The notes below the pieces were generated by a model. The model saw nothing but the letters and a program-made list of their open reading frames with translations. It had not been told where the DNA came from and did not search any database. A stretch of DNA of 57,493 bases, the filler included, from Sphacelaria rigidula (Eukaryota), in NCBI GenBank assembly GCA_964200075.2. It is 4 parts of 4 records of this genome, joined end to end, with 100 filler letters (N's around TTAATTAATTAA, not from the genome) between each part and the next. Parts side by side here need not be neighbours in the genome. Positions count along the whole stretch, not along the records: positions 14,401 to 28,699 come from CAXNAA020002329.1; positions 28,800 to 43,098 come from CAXNAA020002330.1; 2 more parts are not named here. One strand, written 5' to 3'. This document shows, in pieces, positions 23,343 to 36,186 of this stretch. Numbering within the stretch: the first letter of the stretch is position 1; every line of letters starts with the position of its first letter. The translations under genes were made by a program, and so were the position numbers.

Positions 23343-23735
23343 GTGTCTTCCTTGGTAGCCCTTGAGAATGAGCTCGGCATACCGTTGGCAGAGGTGACAG
23401 CACTACTGAAGCAGCTGGAAACAAACGGACGCATCATGGGAATATTCTTCGACAGCCGTAGCGACGGGGTCCCAAGCTCCTATATTCGCGTTAGCCTAGA
23501 CGAACTGCGCACCCTCGCTACCTTCGTCAATGAGAGAGGGCGGTTGAACGTGGCGGAGTTTGTCCATGAAGCCAACGAAGTGCTTCAGCTATCCCCCCCG
23601 AGCGAGGAGCAGGAGACAAGTGGGGTTATCGGGGTCGAGGATTTGGGGAAAATGGCTGATGGATCGCAGCAACCAGTGCTCAGAAGGAGGCTGTTGTCTA
23701 CACGAGACGTGGCAGAAAAGACAAAGGAGCTGTAG
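23343..23735 (+). CDS. Terminal exon of a divergent DDRGK1/UFBP1-like protein (PCI/winged-helix DDRGK domain)
   Basis: Acceptor TTGATCAG|GTG. Translation VSSLVALENELGIPLAEVTALLKQLETNGRIMGIF...SYIRVSLDELRTLATFVNERGRLNVAEFVHEANEVLQL matches the DDRGK domain pattern (VVxLEDLAxxxGL...LxxxGxLTGVxDDRGKFIYIxxEELxxVAxFIxxRGRVSIxELxxxSNxLI). Stop TAG ends at 23735. Confidence 0.8.
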   Translation: MSSLVALENELGIPLAEVTALLKQLETNGRIMGIFFDSRSDGVPSSYIRVSLDELRTLATFVNERGRLNVAEFVHEANEVLQLSPPSEEQETSGVIGVEDLGKMADGSQQPVLRRRLLSTRDVAEKTKEL

Positions 23736-24541
23736 TACCAGACGCGTAGGTGTGAAGGATGGGTTGACAGTCGGTGTATGTAACCATACCGTGCGCAGCA
23801 CGAAATGACGCCTCGCCGTTTTGGAGATGTCGAGATGTCCTTCCTGAGGATCATAAATGATAATCACTCTTGATAGTGAGACACAGCAGTATGCACAGGG
23901 TGTTTCATGCCGGAATTTCTGGAGGTTTCAGCAGAAACGCGATATCTCGATGACCACAGCGTGTGACTAGAATAACCAAGAGACTTCAGATTGAGCTCGT
24001 CTTCAAATCACGTCACATATGATTGTGACAAAAGTGCAATGATTTGCTCCAAGTTGCGCATGTGGCCACCAAATTGGTAGGCTTCGAGCTTGAGCAAAAT
24101 GTGTTGTCGGTAAGGTGCACCTTTTTTCATTTCAGGTCCTTTGTGAGTCAGAGTGCGTCGTATTCCATGATATCGTGACGTCAGAATATCGAAACGATAA
24201 ATGCGCGATTTCAACGTTTGACGCCACAGGGCTCTGCCGAACTCGACCGATGTCACTGGAGAGATAGTAACGAAGAGCCGTGTCACAATCCGGTGAGGGT
24301 GAAATTCGCAAATTATTGGGCCTGCGGTGATAGGGGAGACGTGAAATTTGTCCCCTCACGGAGGTAGTATCGAGCTCCCCTCGTGCCAGCATGACAATCT
24401 TTCCCCAAAGAAGTCTGTTGTCATAAGCTATGCAATGATCGTTTCAACACGTTCCCTGAAAGTACATCCCCGTGTATCGAAACTTTACAGTCTTGCCAAT
24501 ATCTCCCCCCTTCATTCTCCGCACAACTCTCAATCGATGCA

Positions 24542-25281
24542 CTAATCATGCTTTTTCCTCGATATGTCATTCACGCCCCGAACAACCAGTCCACTCACCG
24601 TATAAATACCCCCCACAATCGCGCAAACACTGGTTACAAACTCCAACGCAGATTTCCGTGTCTCGGTGAACCGTACCATTACAGGCGTAAAATCGTACCC
24701 GAACTCCACCCCTAACCACTGCTGCGAGTGCGTCACAGCGCGCATTGCATCAATCTCCGTCAAGAATCCCACATTCGTCGAGTAGGTGTGACTTCTTGTC
24801 TCGCGGCCGTATATCGACATGTGTGATATCGGAACAATTTTCAAGGAGTACCGAACCTGTCCCGCCCCTTCTTTTGAAACAAACGCACTTTTCGCCAACG
24901 GATTTTGACCCGCCGAACCGAAACCTGCCCCCTTGCTCATGCCCACCGGAACACCAAAAGCCAAATCGTGAATTCTGTGACTAACGTTCCTCCCTGCGAC
25001 CCCCTCCGGGCCAGTACGTTTCTCGCCCTGCGTTATGCCCACAACACCGCCTACAGCCATAATCCTGGCTGGGTCGTGGTGCATCACGTGCACCCGAATG
25101 GAACCTTTGGCCCTGGCGACTTCCAAGGTACCGTCTAAGGTGCACCCCACTTGTGAACCTCTATCCTCTCCAGCAGCTTTGAACGGTAGAATCTCCATCT
25201 TGGATGGCAGTCGGTGCTCGACGGTTTTGATATCCAAAAAGCCGGTGTTTCCTCTCGGGTTGTCGGCGATAACTTCAAGGT
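24542..25281 (-). CDS. Terminal exon of an ER-Golgi intermediate compartment protein (Erv41/Erv46, ERGIC1/ERGIC3 family; COPII-coated ERV domain)
   Basis: Motifs GCTLDGTLEVARAKGSIRV, NVSHRIHDLAFG, NPL, YSLKIVP, GVEFGYDFTPVMVRFTETRKS, a TM segment (FVTSVCAIVGGIYTVSGLV) and C-terminal dilysine KKHD. Acceptor ACAG|AC at 25281 is phase-compatible with the upstream exon (CK-D-LEV). Confidence 0.92.
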
Positions 25282-26303
25282 CTGTCGATGTGTAGCAAGG
25301 GCCACAGGCGATTGATGGCGAGGGCAGGCGGTGGCGAGTACGGGTAACAGGGAAATGCAAACATGTGATCATTTCCGTGATGCTACGTGATAGTGGGCAA
25401 TACAGCCGGCGAAAGTATCGCGAAAACACACCTGTGCGGCGTACACAAGCCAGTATGCTGAGTCTACGGGCTGGTCCCACTGCCTGACCCAAAGAATGGT
25501 CTCCGCCGCAAGTAGGACGAATATCAGCAACAAGTAACGCACTGAGTAAGTTTTCTGCAATCGTGAAGCCAGCCTGGAGTGCACCGCACACTCTGATCGT
25601 TTGTCGAGGCACTTTCATTATTTTACATCATCCTGGGACACCAAATATCGCTGATTGCGGCCCTGGGTGGCAGTTTGGTTCAGATATCTGATACTTGCAG
25701 TTTGGTTCAAATATCTGATACTTGGATCCTTGTATGATTGCGCTGATGATGTTGGTGCGCGTGTAGCTTACATCAAGGCGAGAACAGCAGCGCCTGCTTC
25801 GGCTCCTCAATTGTTACCTTTCAAAAGTTCCGAGCAGAACAAACTATGGGGGGGGGGTAAATATGATGTACACGATTTCTGGCCCTTGGAAATGTACATA
25901 TCTTGCATTCTCGCTCGAGGTGCGAGAGTTCAAACCTGGGTTTACAGGAGCGGTGCAAAAATCGGTATTTTCAAAGGCCATCAGTACGATATTTTCCTCT
26001 CCCATTCCGGAATATGGGTGGATTTCCCTCCAACAAACTCAGTCAAATGGTCCAAACTCCGAGAACAGGAAGAAAGGAAACAAGTCCAGTGATGACCTCC
26101 GAATGGTTGAAACGCATCTTTCCTCAAATTTTCACGTCGTAGCTCTTCACACCGGGAGCGGAAAATCCAGGGTCAAGATTTCTTATCTCAGGTAGTAGGA
26201 CCAGCCTGTTACGTGGTACAGCAGCGGATAGCTTTCCCACCAACTTGTACGCACAAAAATAACGAGTAGCGTACGACTCAACAACGAAAGCTCAAGCTCT
26301 CAC

Positions 26304-26465
26304 CTTTGCATTCTACATGTGGGAAGGTGACGTGCAGTCGCACATTGACAGCATCGTGCTCGTGAAAGTCGGCGACCGCCATTTGGGACGCCGTGTCGAC
26401 GTTGATGAAGACAACGAGCTCGGACAGGAAGAGCACCGTCATCAGCGCTACAGACGCTATTGTCA
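26304..26465 (-). CDS. Internal exon of the ERGIC-family gene (ERGIC_N region with first TM helix)
   Basis: VTIASVALMTVLFLSELVVFINVDTASQMAVAD...VNVRLHVTFPHVECK; acceptor TAG|TG, donor G|GTGAG; 162 nt, phase 1/1. The first coding exon was not identified. Confidence 0.88.
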
Positions 26466-27659
26466 CTACCGGATAAGTAGAATAGGCAAGGAGGAGGGGG
26501 AAATCGACAGTCTTTACTTGATATGGCACTGTTAACAATGCAGTACACGAACAGTATATCATTTCTGTACTTCGTCATTTGTGTAGCTGATAATTAATTG
26601 TTGTAGATATGAGCAATACGGACGATGTGTCTCCTGCAAGCAGTCAAAGTTACATTTGGTACCGGTGCTGGTGGTCAACTCGGGACATGTTTGAGCATCT
26701 TCACCAGGTTCAGCTTAGCTATCGCCCATAAATACAACCTGTCTTGCTCCGCTGGCTCTTCGGAATCAGGGAGCAATGCAATAAAATCGACGATGCAGCC
26801 ACCACTTTGCCACTAGACAAGAAGACACCTCAAAGCTCGATGGACTGCACGCTGATGGTTACAGGGCTCCAATACCAAACGCCCCCTAACAACTAGTTTC
26901 GTGAGGACGCGGGGAAACTTCGACGCTCGGTTCCCGATGTACAAAGGGTCACTAGTTCCCTTCGCCTTGACTTGCCGGTCGCAGGTATCAGAGTTGTGGA
27001 CCACAACAAGTACTGTGAGGGGTTGAGGAGAAGACATTCAGGGGAAATATCGCAACTCTGGGCTAGGATATTGTGCGCCAGGTTCCGTAGGGTCGACGAA
27101 ACGTTGTGGACACGCTTTCCTTCCAACGGTTAGAGGAGCCTTGGAGCAGTATATACTAAAATCCGATCGTGTAAGGCAGGGCGTAACGTCTGTCTACTAC
27201 AATACGCTGCTAATGTTTCATTACAAAAGCATGAGCTCCAAGGAGTAGTTCCGGTTCCTCAATTATGAAATATCGGAAATCAGACCGCAGAACCCACTTA
27301 CAGAAAAACATGCTAAAGCATGCCAAACAGCATCGCAAACCCGGTATATACCAACAGTACCATGGCTATCATTCCACGTTCCAGTCCCTCAATAACACTC
27401 CTCGGTACCATAAATATATCATTCCAACCCCTCGATAAAACTTCTCACCGATGGGTTCCCGGCAATTCTTGGCAACGTACGGGTCCCGATAGTAATGTGC
27501 CAGTATATGCTGCGTATTGCCCCCCCCCCCCCCCTCCCCAATCTTACCAGCAGGTCAATCGCTTACATGCGAATGCTTTTCACCCAGCGGTGGTATATAC
27601 TGTGTTCTGCAGTACCGTTGCACCGCAAAGATTAAATTTACGTAAATGTACCGGCATGA

Positions 27660-27700
<41 letters not shown>

Positions 27701-28699
27701 TATATGTGTGTATAGATCTTTGTCAATTCTAACTCCAACCCCTGCTCGGGACAAGTCCGTGGTCTCGAGGAATCAACAATCAGCTCATCTCTCCCACTCC
27801 CCCCCCTAGACACGCCTTGCAGTTTGGACCGTCACGGATTGGATCAAGACTCCCGTACCGCGTCAACTGTCCTCCATACGACTGAGTCAAACATACTTGT
27901 TTTGGGTCACGCCCTTACGTTTTCAAAGACGGGAATCGTACGCTTCTGAGGAAAAAGCCATACTGTACGGTACTGCCTGGAATCAAACCCGTATTTTTGC
28001 CGCCCTGATCACTCGTACCACTTGACCGCCGATGTACCGTGGAATCAAACATCATCCAGCTACAAAACACAAAGGAACAGGAGTGTGTCGGATTCGCTTC
28101 GACTCATTCTAACTCAAGTATCTCGTACAAGCAACCACGCCCCCATTGATGCGCACCTCTTGCGCATTTCCAGGACAAAATCGCTCGCAAAGTCATACTC
28201 CCGTGAAAGTAGCCCAGGAACGTCAAATATTGTTGTTCTATTGTGACCACTGAAAACAATTTACTGCATGCTGCTGATGCCTCTGCTCAGTATTCCTCTG
28301 CAACACTACAGACAGTGTGATGTTATGCTGGCAACACGTGAGGCGTGAGACAGGCGGCACAGACCTCGAGCAGAGTACAAAGCAAGATATTTTTACCCAT
28401 GAAATCTATAGTTGAATTCCCATGACAAAAAATGGAAGGACCGGTATACAGCGGAGTAGCCCATTTGTAGTCCACCAGTAGGAGCACTACGTGCCCATTT
28501 TGACGGACGAGATCGGTCAAAATGGTCATTCCGCGCCTCTCGGGCCTCGTTCCCGGCTTAGAATCTTGCGCGGGAAACTTTCAAACACACATCACTCATT
28601 GACTAGGTGAGCTTTCCGGTTGCTCTGAGAACAGACCCCCCCCCCCTCAGCCTGTAAAACTGTTCCGAAGCGACGCTCGTTGTCCAAGGCTTAACCCTT

Positions 28700-28799
28700 N
28701 NNNNNNNNNNNNNNNNNNNNNNNNNNNNNNNNNNNNNNNNNNNTTAATTAATTAANNNNNNNNNNNNNNNNNNNNNNNNNNNNNNNNNNNNNNNNNNNN
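28700..28799. other. Artificial contig spacer N44-TTAATTAATTAA-N44
   Basis: Same 100-nt spacer as 14301-14400. Confidence 0.98.
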
Positions 28800-29263
28800 C
28801 GCATCCTGTTGGAAGATTTCTACCGCGACCCATACTGCTTGCTACATCGGATGTACACCACCTAATGCGCACCCTGCACCTGAAAATAGCTTAGATTAAA
28901 CTTTCGGTCCTCGTCACAACCATGCCGTTACATCCGCGGATTTTCAGCAATACACCACTGTTTCGTGCATACGCCAGAGACGTCATTCCTGACCAGCCTC
29001 ATTGGTCGTCCTGGAGGACCGGTTCCAAAAGGGTTAACGCCATGTATTATGCAGTACCTTTTTTTTCTTCATTCAGCGGCGGTGCCATGTGTTACCTGGT
29101 TGGTCTACACTTCACAGTGATATGCTTACATCGGGTTCATTCGGGAAACTGGGAAAGCTGTGGTGTGAGCAACTTTTAGCCGTTTTAAAGCTGGCCCAGC
29201 TCGTACGACTACCCTCTCCCAGAAAAAGTCCGAATGCATCTGCCCGGAACCAAGCCCGCGTAT

Positions 29264-29519
29264 GAGTGATGCTACGATAGGGTGGTATTTGGGGATATTT
29301 CTTCCACCAAATTCAACTTCAAATCGTTGTTGAAAGTAGCAACGGTTGTTCGAGCACGCTCGTTACCAATAAATAACGCTCGTCCATAATGCTCGACGCC
29401 GTCTTCATCGAGATACAAGCGCACCGCGAGTGCGTGAGGTCGTCTGACACACCTATGACTTTTCTTTTTCGTGAAATCAAACATTCCCCCCCACCCCACC
29501 CCCTATCGTAGCATGACCC
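29264..29519. mobile_element. MITE (~256 bp), same family as 4544-4793, opposite orientation
   Basis: TIR GAGTGATGCTACGATAGGG / CCCTATCGTAGCATGACCC. Internal AACGGTTGTTCGAGCACGCT is a near reverse complement of AGCGCGTTCGAACAACCGTT in the other copy. Confidence 0.8.
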
Positions 29520-32500
29520 GTCTTTCCTACCTAATGTTTCCAGTTGCACGAGCGTACTATTAATATTAATATTAGACCCCGGGGGTGCGGCATACCATTT
29601 TCACCCCAATTCTCTGTCTCCCATCACTGCGGATCGGCCGTACAAAGACCGGAGCAGATACCGCGTCAAAGAGCACTATGCCAGCAACAAGGAAATGAAG
29701 GGAAGGCACCGTGACAAACAAATCGTACACGAAGACTAGCTACACTCGTGCTGCGATTGATGAACGTATGATCTCCTGCAATGAGTGTCTCCCACTTCAT
29801 GGCGATGGTCGACACCCTGCACCATGCGCACCACTGTGGGGCTCAATCCACTTCAAGGCTGAGCCTTTCTGCAGAGCGATCAATATTTGCTCGCACGAAA
29901 CCACCGCCGTTGAAGCGAGGAAACACTGCGGAATCGATCGCCGTGCTTGATGGAAGGAGGATGTGAATTTAACGTGCAGGGAGATACGCCTCAGAACCTG
30001 CACCATGTTTGGTACGTCGTCATCTTTGAAATCTGAGTTGAATCTGTAGCTGCAATAGACACAGAACTCGAGAAAAGGGAGGACAAAAAAAGGTAATGGA
30101 TACAAAGAGACGGGCTTTTCCCCCTGTTTTCTTGAAGTCTCTCGTTCTCTCTCATCATGTCATTTCGTGTTATATTGTTTTTGGAGTCTCAGAAGGAGCA
30201 CGGAGAGTTCCATCTCATGTAATGAATAGCAGTGACGGTACTGGAAATGTGATACTACGTCTATGACCTCGGGTTCGAGAGATCGGAATACCTGGTGTCA
30301 AAACATACGGGAAGATGAAGACGTCAGCCCCATCTCTTCGAAGCTAACTGGCAATCGATCGATTGATTTGATTCATTGATTGATTGTCGTATCGTATGGT
30401 ATTTTATCATACACTAAGTGATCCTGGAGGGAATCAGCTGTGGTCACATGACAGACGTGCCCGAGATTATACACAAAATGGAAACCCTGCCTGGAGAAAC
30501 GCGAAGAACACACGAAGGTAGAACGGACAGCAGACGGAATATATATATTATATATATATATATATAAAAATGCCCAGCCTCTCTGCAATATGGCTTCAGG
30601 TGGGAAAAGATCTTGCGAACAAGCGCATGCACCCACACCCAATCGAAAAATCGAAACAGCAACGCCGTGGGGGCACAGATCGCGCTCATCCCTTTCGCCC
30701 GCACTATTTTATGTACGAAGCTCGCACCCATGAACCATACGGAAGCGAGGCACCAAAGTGCGACTTGCGTACACTGGGGGGAAAGAAACGTATACAAAGG
30801 GAGTGGGGGAGAGAGCTGGGGAAAGAGCAGAGATAACAGAGGGGAAGGGAACTACGACCTCAAGTCGAAACAAAACATTAGCACGTCGGCCAAATCTCTT
30901 CGAAGCCTGCTTGTCACCAACGTGGGACCACTTCTTCTGTATACCAGTGCAGCTATGGCAACAGACCAAACGTGACACAAAGTGTACGATAGCAATCCAT
31001 ATCTCAAGGTGACAGTACGTGGCACTACCGCAGTCTGACGTCATGCGGCACGGTACTACAGTACTGTGTCGTATCACAGAATGGTCGAAGGGAAGTATTC
31101 CTTGGTACGTCACACGTCCCTACGACACACTGATTTGCTTGAATGAACTTGAAGTGCTTGTGCTTCACCCATCTCGAGGGTCCAGAGGCATATGTCTCGA
31201 TACACATGGTGTCCAGACTGAGAGCAGTACAAGCAATCAAGGCCCATACCTCGTAGTGATGTTCTCGGCGCTGAAGCACACATCGAACATTCAGCTTTTG
31301 CAAAACAGAGGTGAAGCAGGATTTAAAATTGCGTGAATTGAAATGGAACCCGGAGAGGTCTCCAGGCAGGTCGTTCCCAAAGGCCTGTACGCTGATATGG
31401 GGCGTTTCCACCTACACGCTCGAAAAGCACGCGACCGTGAGTAGCTGACGCCCGGACTTCGAGACGTCGGCGTGAAAATACGAGCGAAAATCTACCCCAA
31501 TTTTCGAGTGCACATGTCCACGGTCTGCTAAAATTGTCCGGTGGTGCCTCAGCGACTGTAAGGAGTATTATTGCTCCTCGAAAAGAAGCAGGGCAAAATA
31601 AAACAATTCGCTAAATATTCATTCTGAGAGCGTGTTCTGTACGGTATTATTTATCATTATTTATTTCCGCACATTAGTCCGATCTCTCGAACCCGTGGTC
31701 ACAGACGTGTGTGGGCATACCGGCCGAAATTCGGATGTATTTTCTCAAGGGTAAACGAGATACTGTGTAGGTGAATACCCTTCCGACCACGGCTCGATAC
31801 ACAACCAAGAATCCCCTACTGGTGGGTATACCCTATCTAAGCACAACACAACCCTTGAAAATATTCCGCCTCACCCCTTTCAGGTCCGGAGCATCATCGC
31901 GAGTGCTGAAGTCTGTTCGACCCCTTTTGGAGGACAGGGTGGGTCATTCGTGCCTTAAAACCATCTTTCGTGTGAAAATAACGCCGATTCAATATTTGAA
32001 CCACCTTAGCGACCAAAGGATCAACATTGATCGGTTGATTTGATTAATCGGTCGATTGATTGATAACGCTTTGTAGTTAACGACTACCGTGAGTGGTCTG
32101 AACGTGGAAAATATGTCGTGAATGACCGCTCGTGAGGAGGACTTCAGTTACTCAAATGTGGGCGAAGATACGTGTATAGAGGTGCGCTTCCCAGGACCCC
32201 AACGGCCCGGTCATAACCGTTATTTTTGGTGAAATAAATATTACCAGTGCACCGATGTCATTACTTGAAAGTATACTCGAGTGTGTCAAGATACTTTTTT
32301 CCTCAAGGGTTAAAATGGCCTACGTTATACGTTGAAATGCGCACATCCTAATATCAGCTCATTCATTCACAGCACAATTGAACAGGCGTATCCACAAGGT
32401 GCATAGTTTGAGGAGAGCCCGACGTCGCCGGTGTCTGATTGTTTCTCTTCTGATTTGTTCCGCCGGTTTCTTCGGGGTCCCCGGCCACCGTATGCCGTCA

Positions 32501-33308
32501 CATTACTCAAATATTTCCACGCCTGCTCCATTTTTCAGGTCGATTTCAAAAATAAGGAAGGCATATTCTGCGTACGTGCTCCAAAATGAAGCCCAAGGTC
32601 CCTCGTGGCTGGGTTTTTACTTACCTAGCTCGGTATCACCAGTTATTGGGGTCCCTGTCGAGTGGAAGTGACCGGAACCCCGACAAACCGACAAAGCTGC
32701 GGGAACTTGTATGCACCTCAAGTACCGACGACCTCGGGCTTGTGTTGAGGAGGAATACACGGATAAAACAAATTGTTTCCTGCATCTTTAGAACGACAGG
32801 AAAATTGAACCGAAGGTAATGTAGCACTCTCGGAACTATTTGATGTCCTTCTCTCTTCTTGTCGCACCTTTTTCAAGGGTTGAGAGATAAAAACTCGCGC
32901 ACTTTTTCCTCACGAAAAGCCCCCAAGATTGTCAGTGATTGATACCGTTAGATTTTCCCCGAGGTGGCCAGAGTTTCTTGGGGGTCTCCGGTACTAGTAT
33001 CGATCCGGGGTCCGAACGGGAGAAATTCGAAGTCTCCGTCTCCGATGAAGCTCAAGTTTCCTTCACGAACACGCACGTAAAATCTCTTCTCTTGACTCTT
33101 CAAAAGAGGCAGGAGAAAGAAAGGGCTGCCGACCGAACGTAGGAGTGTTATTCCGCGGACCAGCTTGTTCGTCTCACCGGGCACAACGATCCAAGAGGTC
33201 ACGAACACACCATGTACAAGTTTCGCTTTAGACGGACAGTTGAACGTAAACTCCGCGCGCAATAGTTTTCCTTTCTTGTCACCCTTTATTTTATTTTTTT
33301 CTTCTCAC

Positions 33309-33447
33309 CCTGCGACACTGCCACTGGTATCAGAGACTGAAAAAACGGGCGGATTCGTTGCGCGAGCTGCTCCGGGGTCCCCGGCCATCTCCCAGACGTG
33401 TGTATGTCCACAATTGTGAGATCAAAATCAAGCGCCAGGAAGTTCAC
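33309..33447 (-). CDS. Internal exon of a HAD-superfamily-like hydrolase (DxDxT motif I; resembles protist p36-like proteins)
   Basis: Acceptor GTGCAG|GTG after a pyrimidine tract, donor G|GTGAG. Translation VNFLALDFDLTIVDIHTSGRWPGTPEQLAQRIRPFFQSLIPVAVSQG contains hhhDFDLT. Other exons were not found in this contig. Confidence 0.8.
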
Positions 33448-36186
33448 CTGCACACGCACATAAAAAAACAGAAGGAGACACACCACATATACGGGACACG
33501 AGAGAGCAACACACATGGCGATACAGTAAGTGAAGAGGGTACAGTACGGTGGTTGTTCTCCGCTTTCGAGTGTGTGGTAGGTGGTTAATGCAACCAGAAT
33601 TGAACCGCGCGCTTAGTTTGGCCGCGAGGCTTCATTTCGGAACAATATCTCCGGCTGACCCTTTTGCCCTTTGGCGGAGAGAGTAGGTAATTTACTGAAT
33701 CAGAATCGGTTCCACCTTAAAAAATCATGCATGATCCAGATGGACTACCATCGCGGTCGAAGGGTCAACGCTGGTAATCCCGACATGCAAGTCAAGCAGC
33801 ATCTCTCTGCTTGCGAGCCATCACCCCCGGTGACAACATACCACTTATTCTACGACTCTGTAACACCTCACTCGTAGTGTTCAACATTGAGGATGGATAA
33901 TGGACCAGTACACATCGGCAGTAGTACTACTGGTACTAGAAAGAAAGAAAAAAAACAGCCAGTGCCAGCGCATTTCAATTCACTCACGTCGCAATATAGC
34001 GCGTCACTATTCGAGGAAAGCTCTAGTTGCGCCGCAAGTGAAGCGCACTTTTTCCCGCTCTAGTGAAACCAAATCGAGTAAAAACGCGCCTCCAATGGGG
34101 CTTCGCCGCGATCGCAGTTGACCTCTTGAACACGATATGACACAAAACCGTCCCTAAATGGAAAAGCATAGAGACAAGCTAGAAACACAGGCGAATCTAC
34201 GAGAGTTTGTCATGTTATCGCGGTTGCCCAGTCCGGATCTGCCTCGGACCGGAAGTAACCCTAAACCCATTCCAAGGCATGCTGTACTCGTTCCGAGAAT
34301 CCTCGGATAAGGAACATGTATGCATACACTATCCAAGACGCTAGAGACCGCCCTGTATTCGACGGATTGAATCCGGATTCTCGACAGTCGGAGATCTCTC
34401 CTCTGTACCCTCTGTACCCTCTGTACCCTTCAGCCGGTCCGCGGATGGATCCAAGTTCCAACCTGGACCCGTCCGTTTGAATCCAACCGATTCGCGGATT
34501 CCGCCGCTTTTGAGGTCGCCAGTATAGTTACTGAGTACAGTCCGCCGTACCGTACCGTAAAAAAAAACGTAAGTAACGTACAGGGTAATATAGGACAGTC
34601 GTCAGTAGTCGGACTTGCACTTGGCAATTGCAGCAAGGCGATAGTGGAGGGAATAACTTTTGAGGAACATCTTTGACGTTGTGTTTAAGGGGGGTGACGT
34701 CCCACCCGTCGAAACCAACATCAAATGACAGCTCTCCTAACGGGCTGGCCTTCCGACGCAGGCCTTCTTTGCTTCTGCTATTTCTCGAGCTGAGAGCGAG
34801 CAACACACGCAGAAATCAATTTCTTTGCTATTTTCTTGACATCAACAACGAAGTACAATATGACAACGGAGTCGGCGAGAAGCCTGCGAGTACAAACTTC
34901 GCATCAACTCATGGTTCATGCGGTAAATCATCATCCACAGAGCCTACACAACACCACACAGAAGCGGTTATTTTCGGCCATTATCCAATCTCTCTCTATT
35001 TTCCTCCACGACCGTACGTCCTGCTCAAGAGCTGGTACAACAACTTGCATGCTCGACACGTTTGTTAGGCGATGGAATCAGGATCCAACAGATGTTACAG
35101 CATATGCGACACACTACGTGTGATAAGTAAACGCACCAGGGGCTCTACGCCGTACAGCACCACTTCGCGGCGGAACAAAGAAAGATCGTTGTGTTCGTAG
35201 ATATCAGATCGCGACCTTTTGCTTCAGGTCGAGGATCACATATTCTAGTCTCCTGCAGGTTCGACCTGAACGATGAACTATTCAAAGCACCCTGAACCAA
35301 CGCTGCAGCCCGTGTTCGTAGGGACAACATCCGGTATCCAAGTTTTCAAGCCAGCAGTATCCGACCCAAGCTATACTCATGGGATTCCGTCAAAAGGTTG
35401 TGGTGGGCGTCACAAATAAAAAAGAAAACTTGACCGACTTCGTCACTTGGCCAGCTTTGACGATACCGCTGTGGCTTTCGCCGGATGTTGTCCGATCGAC
35501 GAAAACTAGACACAGCATCAAGTTCCCACGAGTGAGGGCTCCACCGCTTAGTCGGGGTGAATTGGCTATACCGTATAGCCCGCGATTCAGGCTATCGATA
35601 CACTAGGGAATAACTCTCGGTCTGAAAAAAAAGGCTTGAATAGTTGACCTCCACGATATGTCTTCTTCTATTTACCCCCGTCACATCTCCAACCACCCGT
35701 CCCTCCTCAGGGACGGGTCCGTCATCTCAAGTAATCAGCCCATCTCTCCGTGGGTAAATGCCCTACACTTTGGAGCCGCCGATTGGATTATGACTATCAG
35801 CATCCCCGCACCGCGTTAACTTTTTGCTGCCAACGTCCTCACGTTATCAACGACGCGAATCAGATAGTTTTTCAGAACAAAAGACGAAAACGCCTCTGCG
35901 GGGACTCGAACTGATACTAAAACGCAAACGCCTGTGCCCTAACCGACCATCTTCGCGACAGCGGCACCACCGAGGCGCGGCAACGCTGTTGTACGTAAAA
36001 GAGCCCGAAATGCCTCAGTGAATGGAACCCTACCCCCCACCCCCCCCACCCCCAGACTTAAAACGGTTGAGCGGGCAAGGGAAAAACGACTGAGGAAGAC
36101 AATAAATGAATACGCCCCCCCCCGCCTTCCCCATCTCACCCCCAAAAAACAGCAGGGGCAGACGGAATCATATGAATTTCTGAAGC

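Noticed and set aside
25282-25618. N-terminal part of the 358-aa ORF 24542-25618
   Set aside because: Intronic read-through; ERGIC similarity starts at the acceptor at 25281.
29272-29549. Short minus-strand ORFs as downstream exons of the HAD-like gene
   Set aside because: They lie within the MITE at 29264-29519 and lack HAD motifs.
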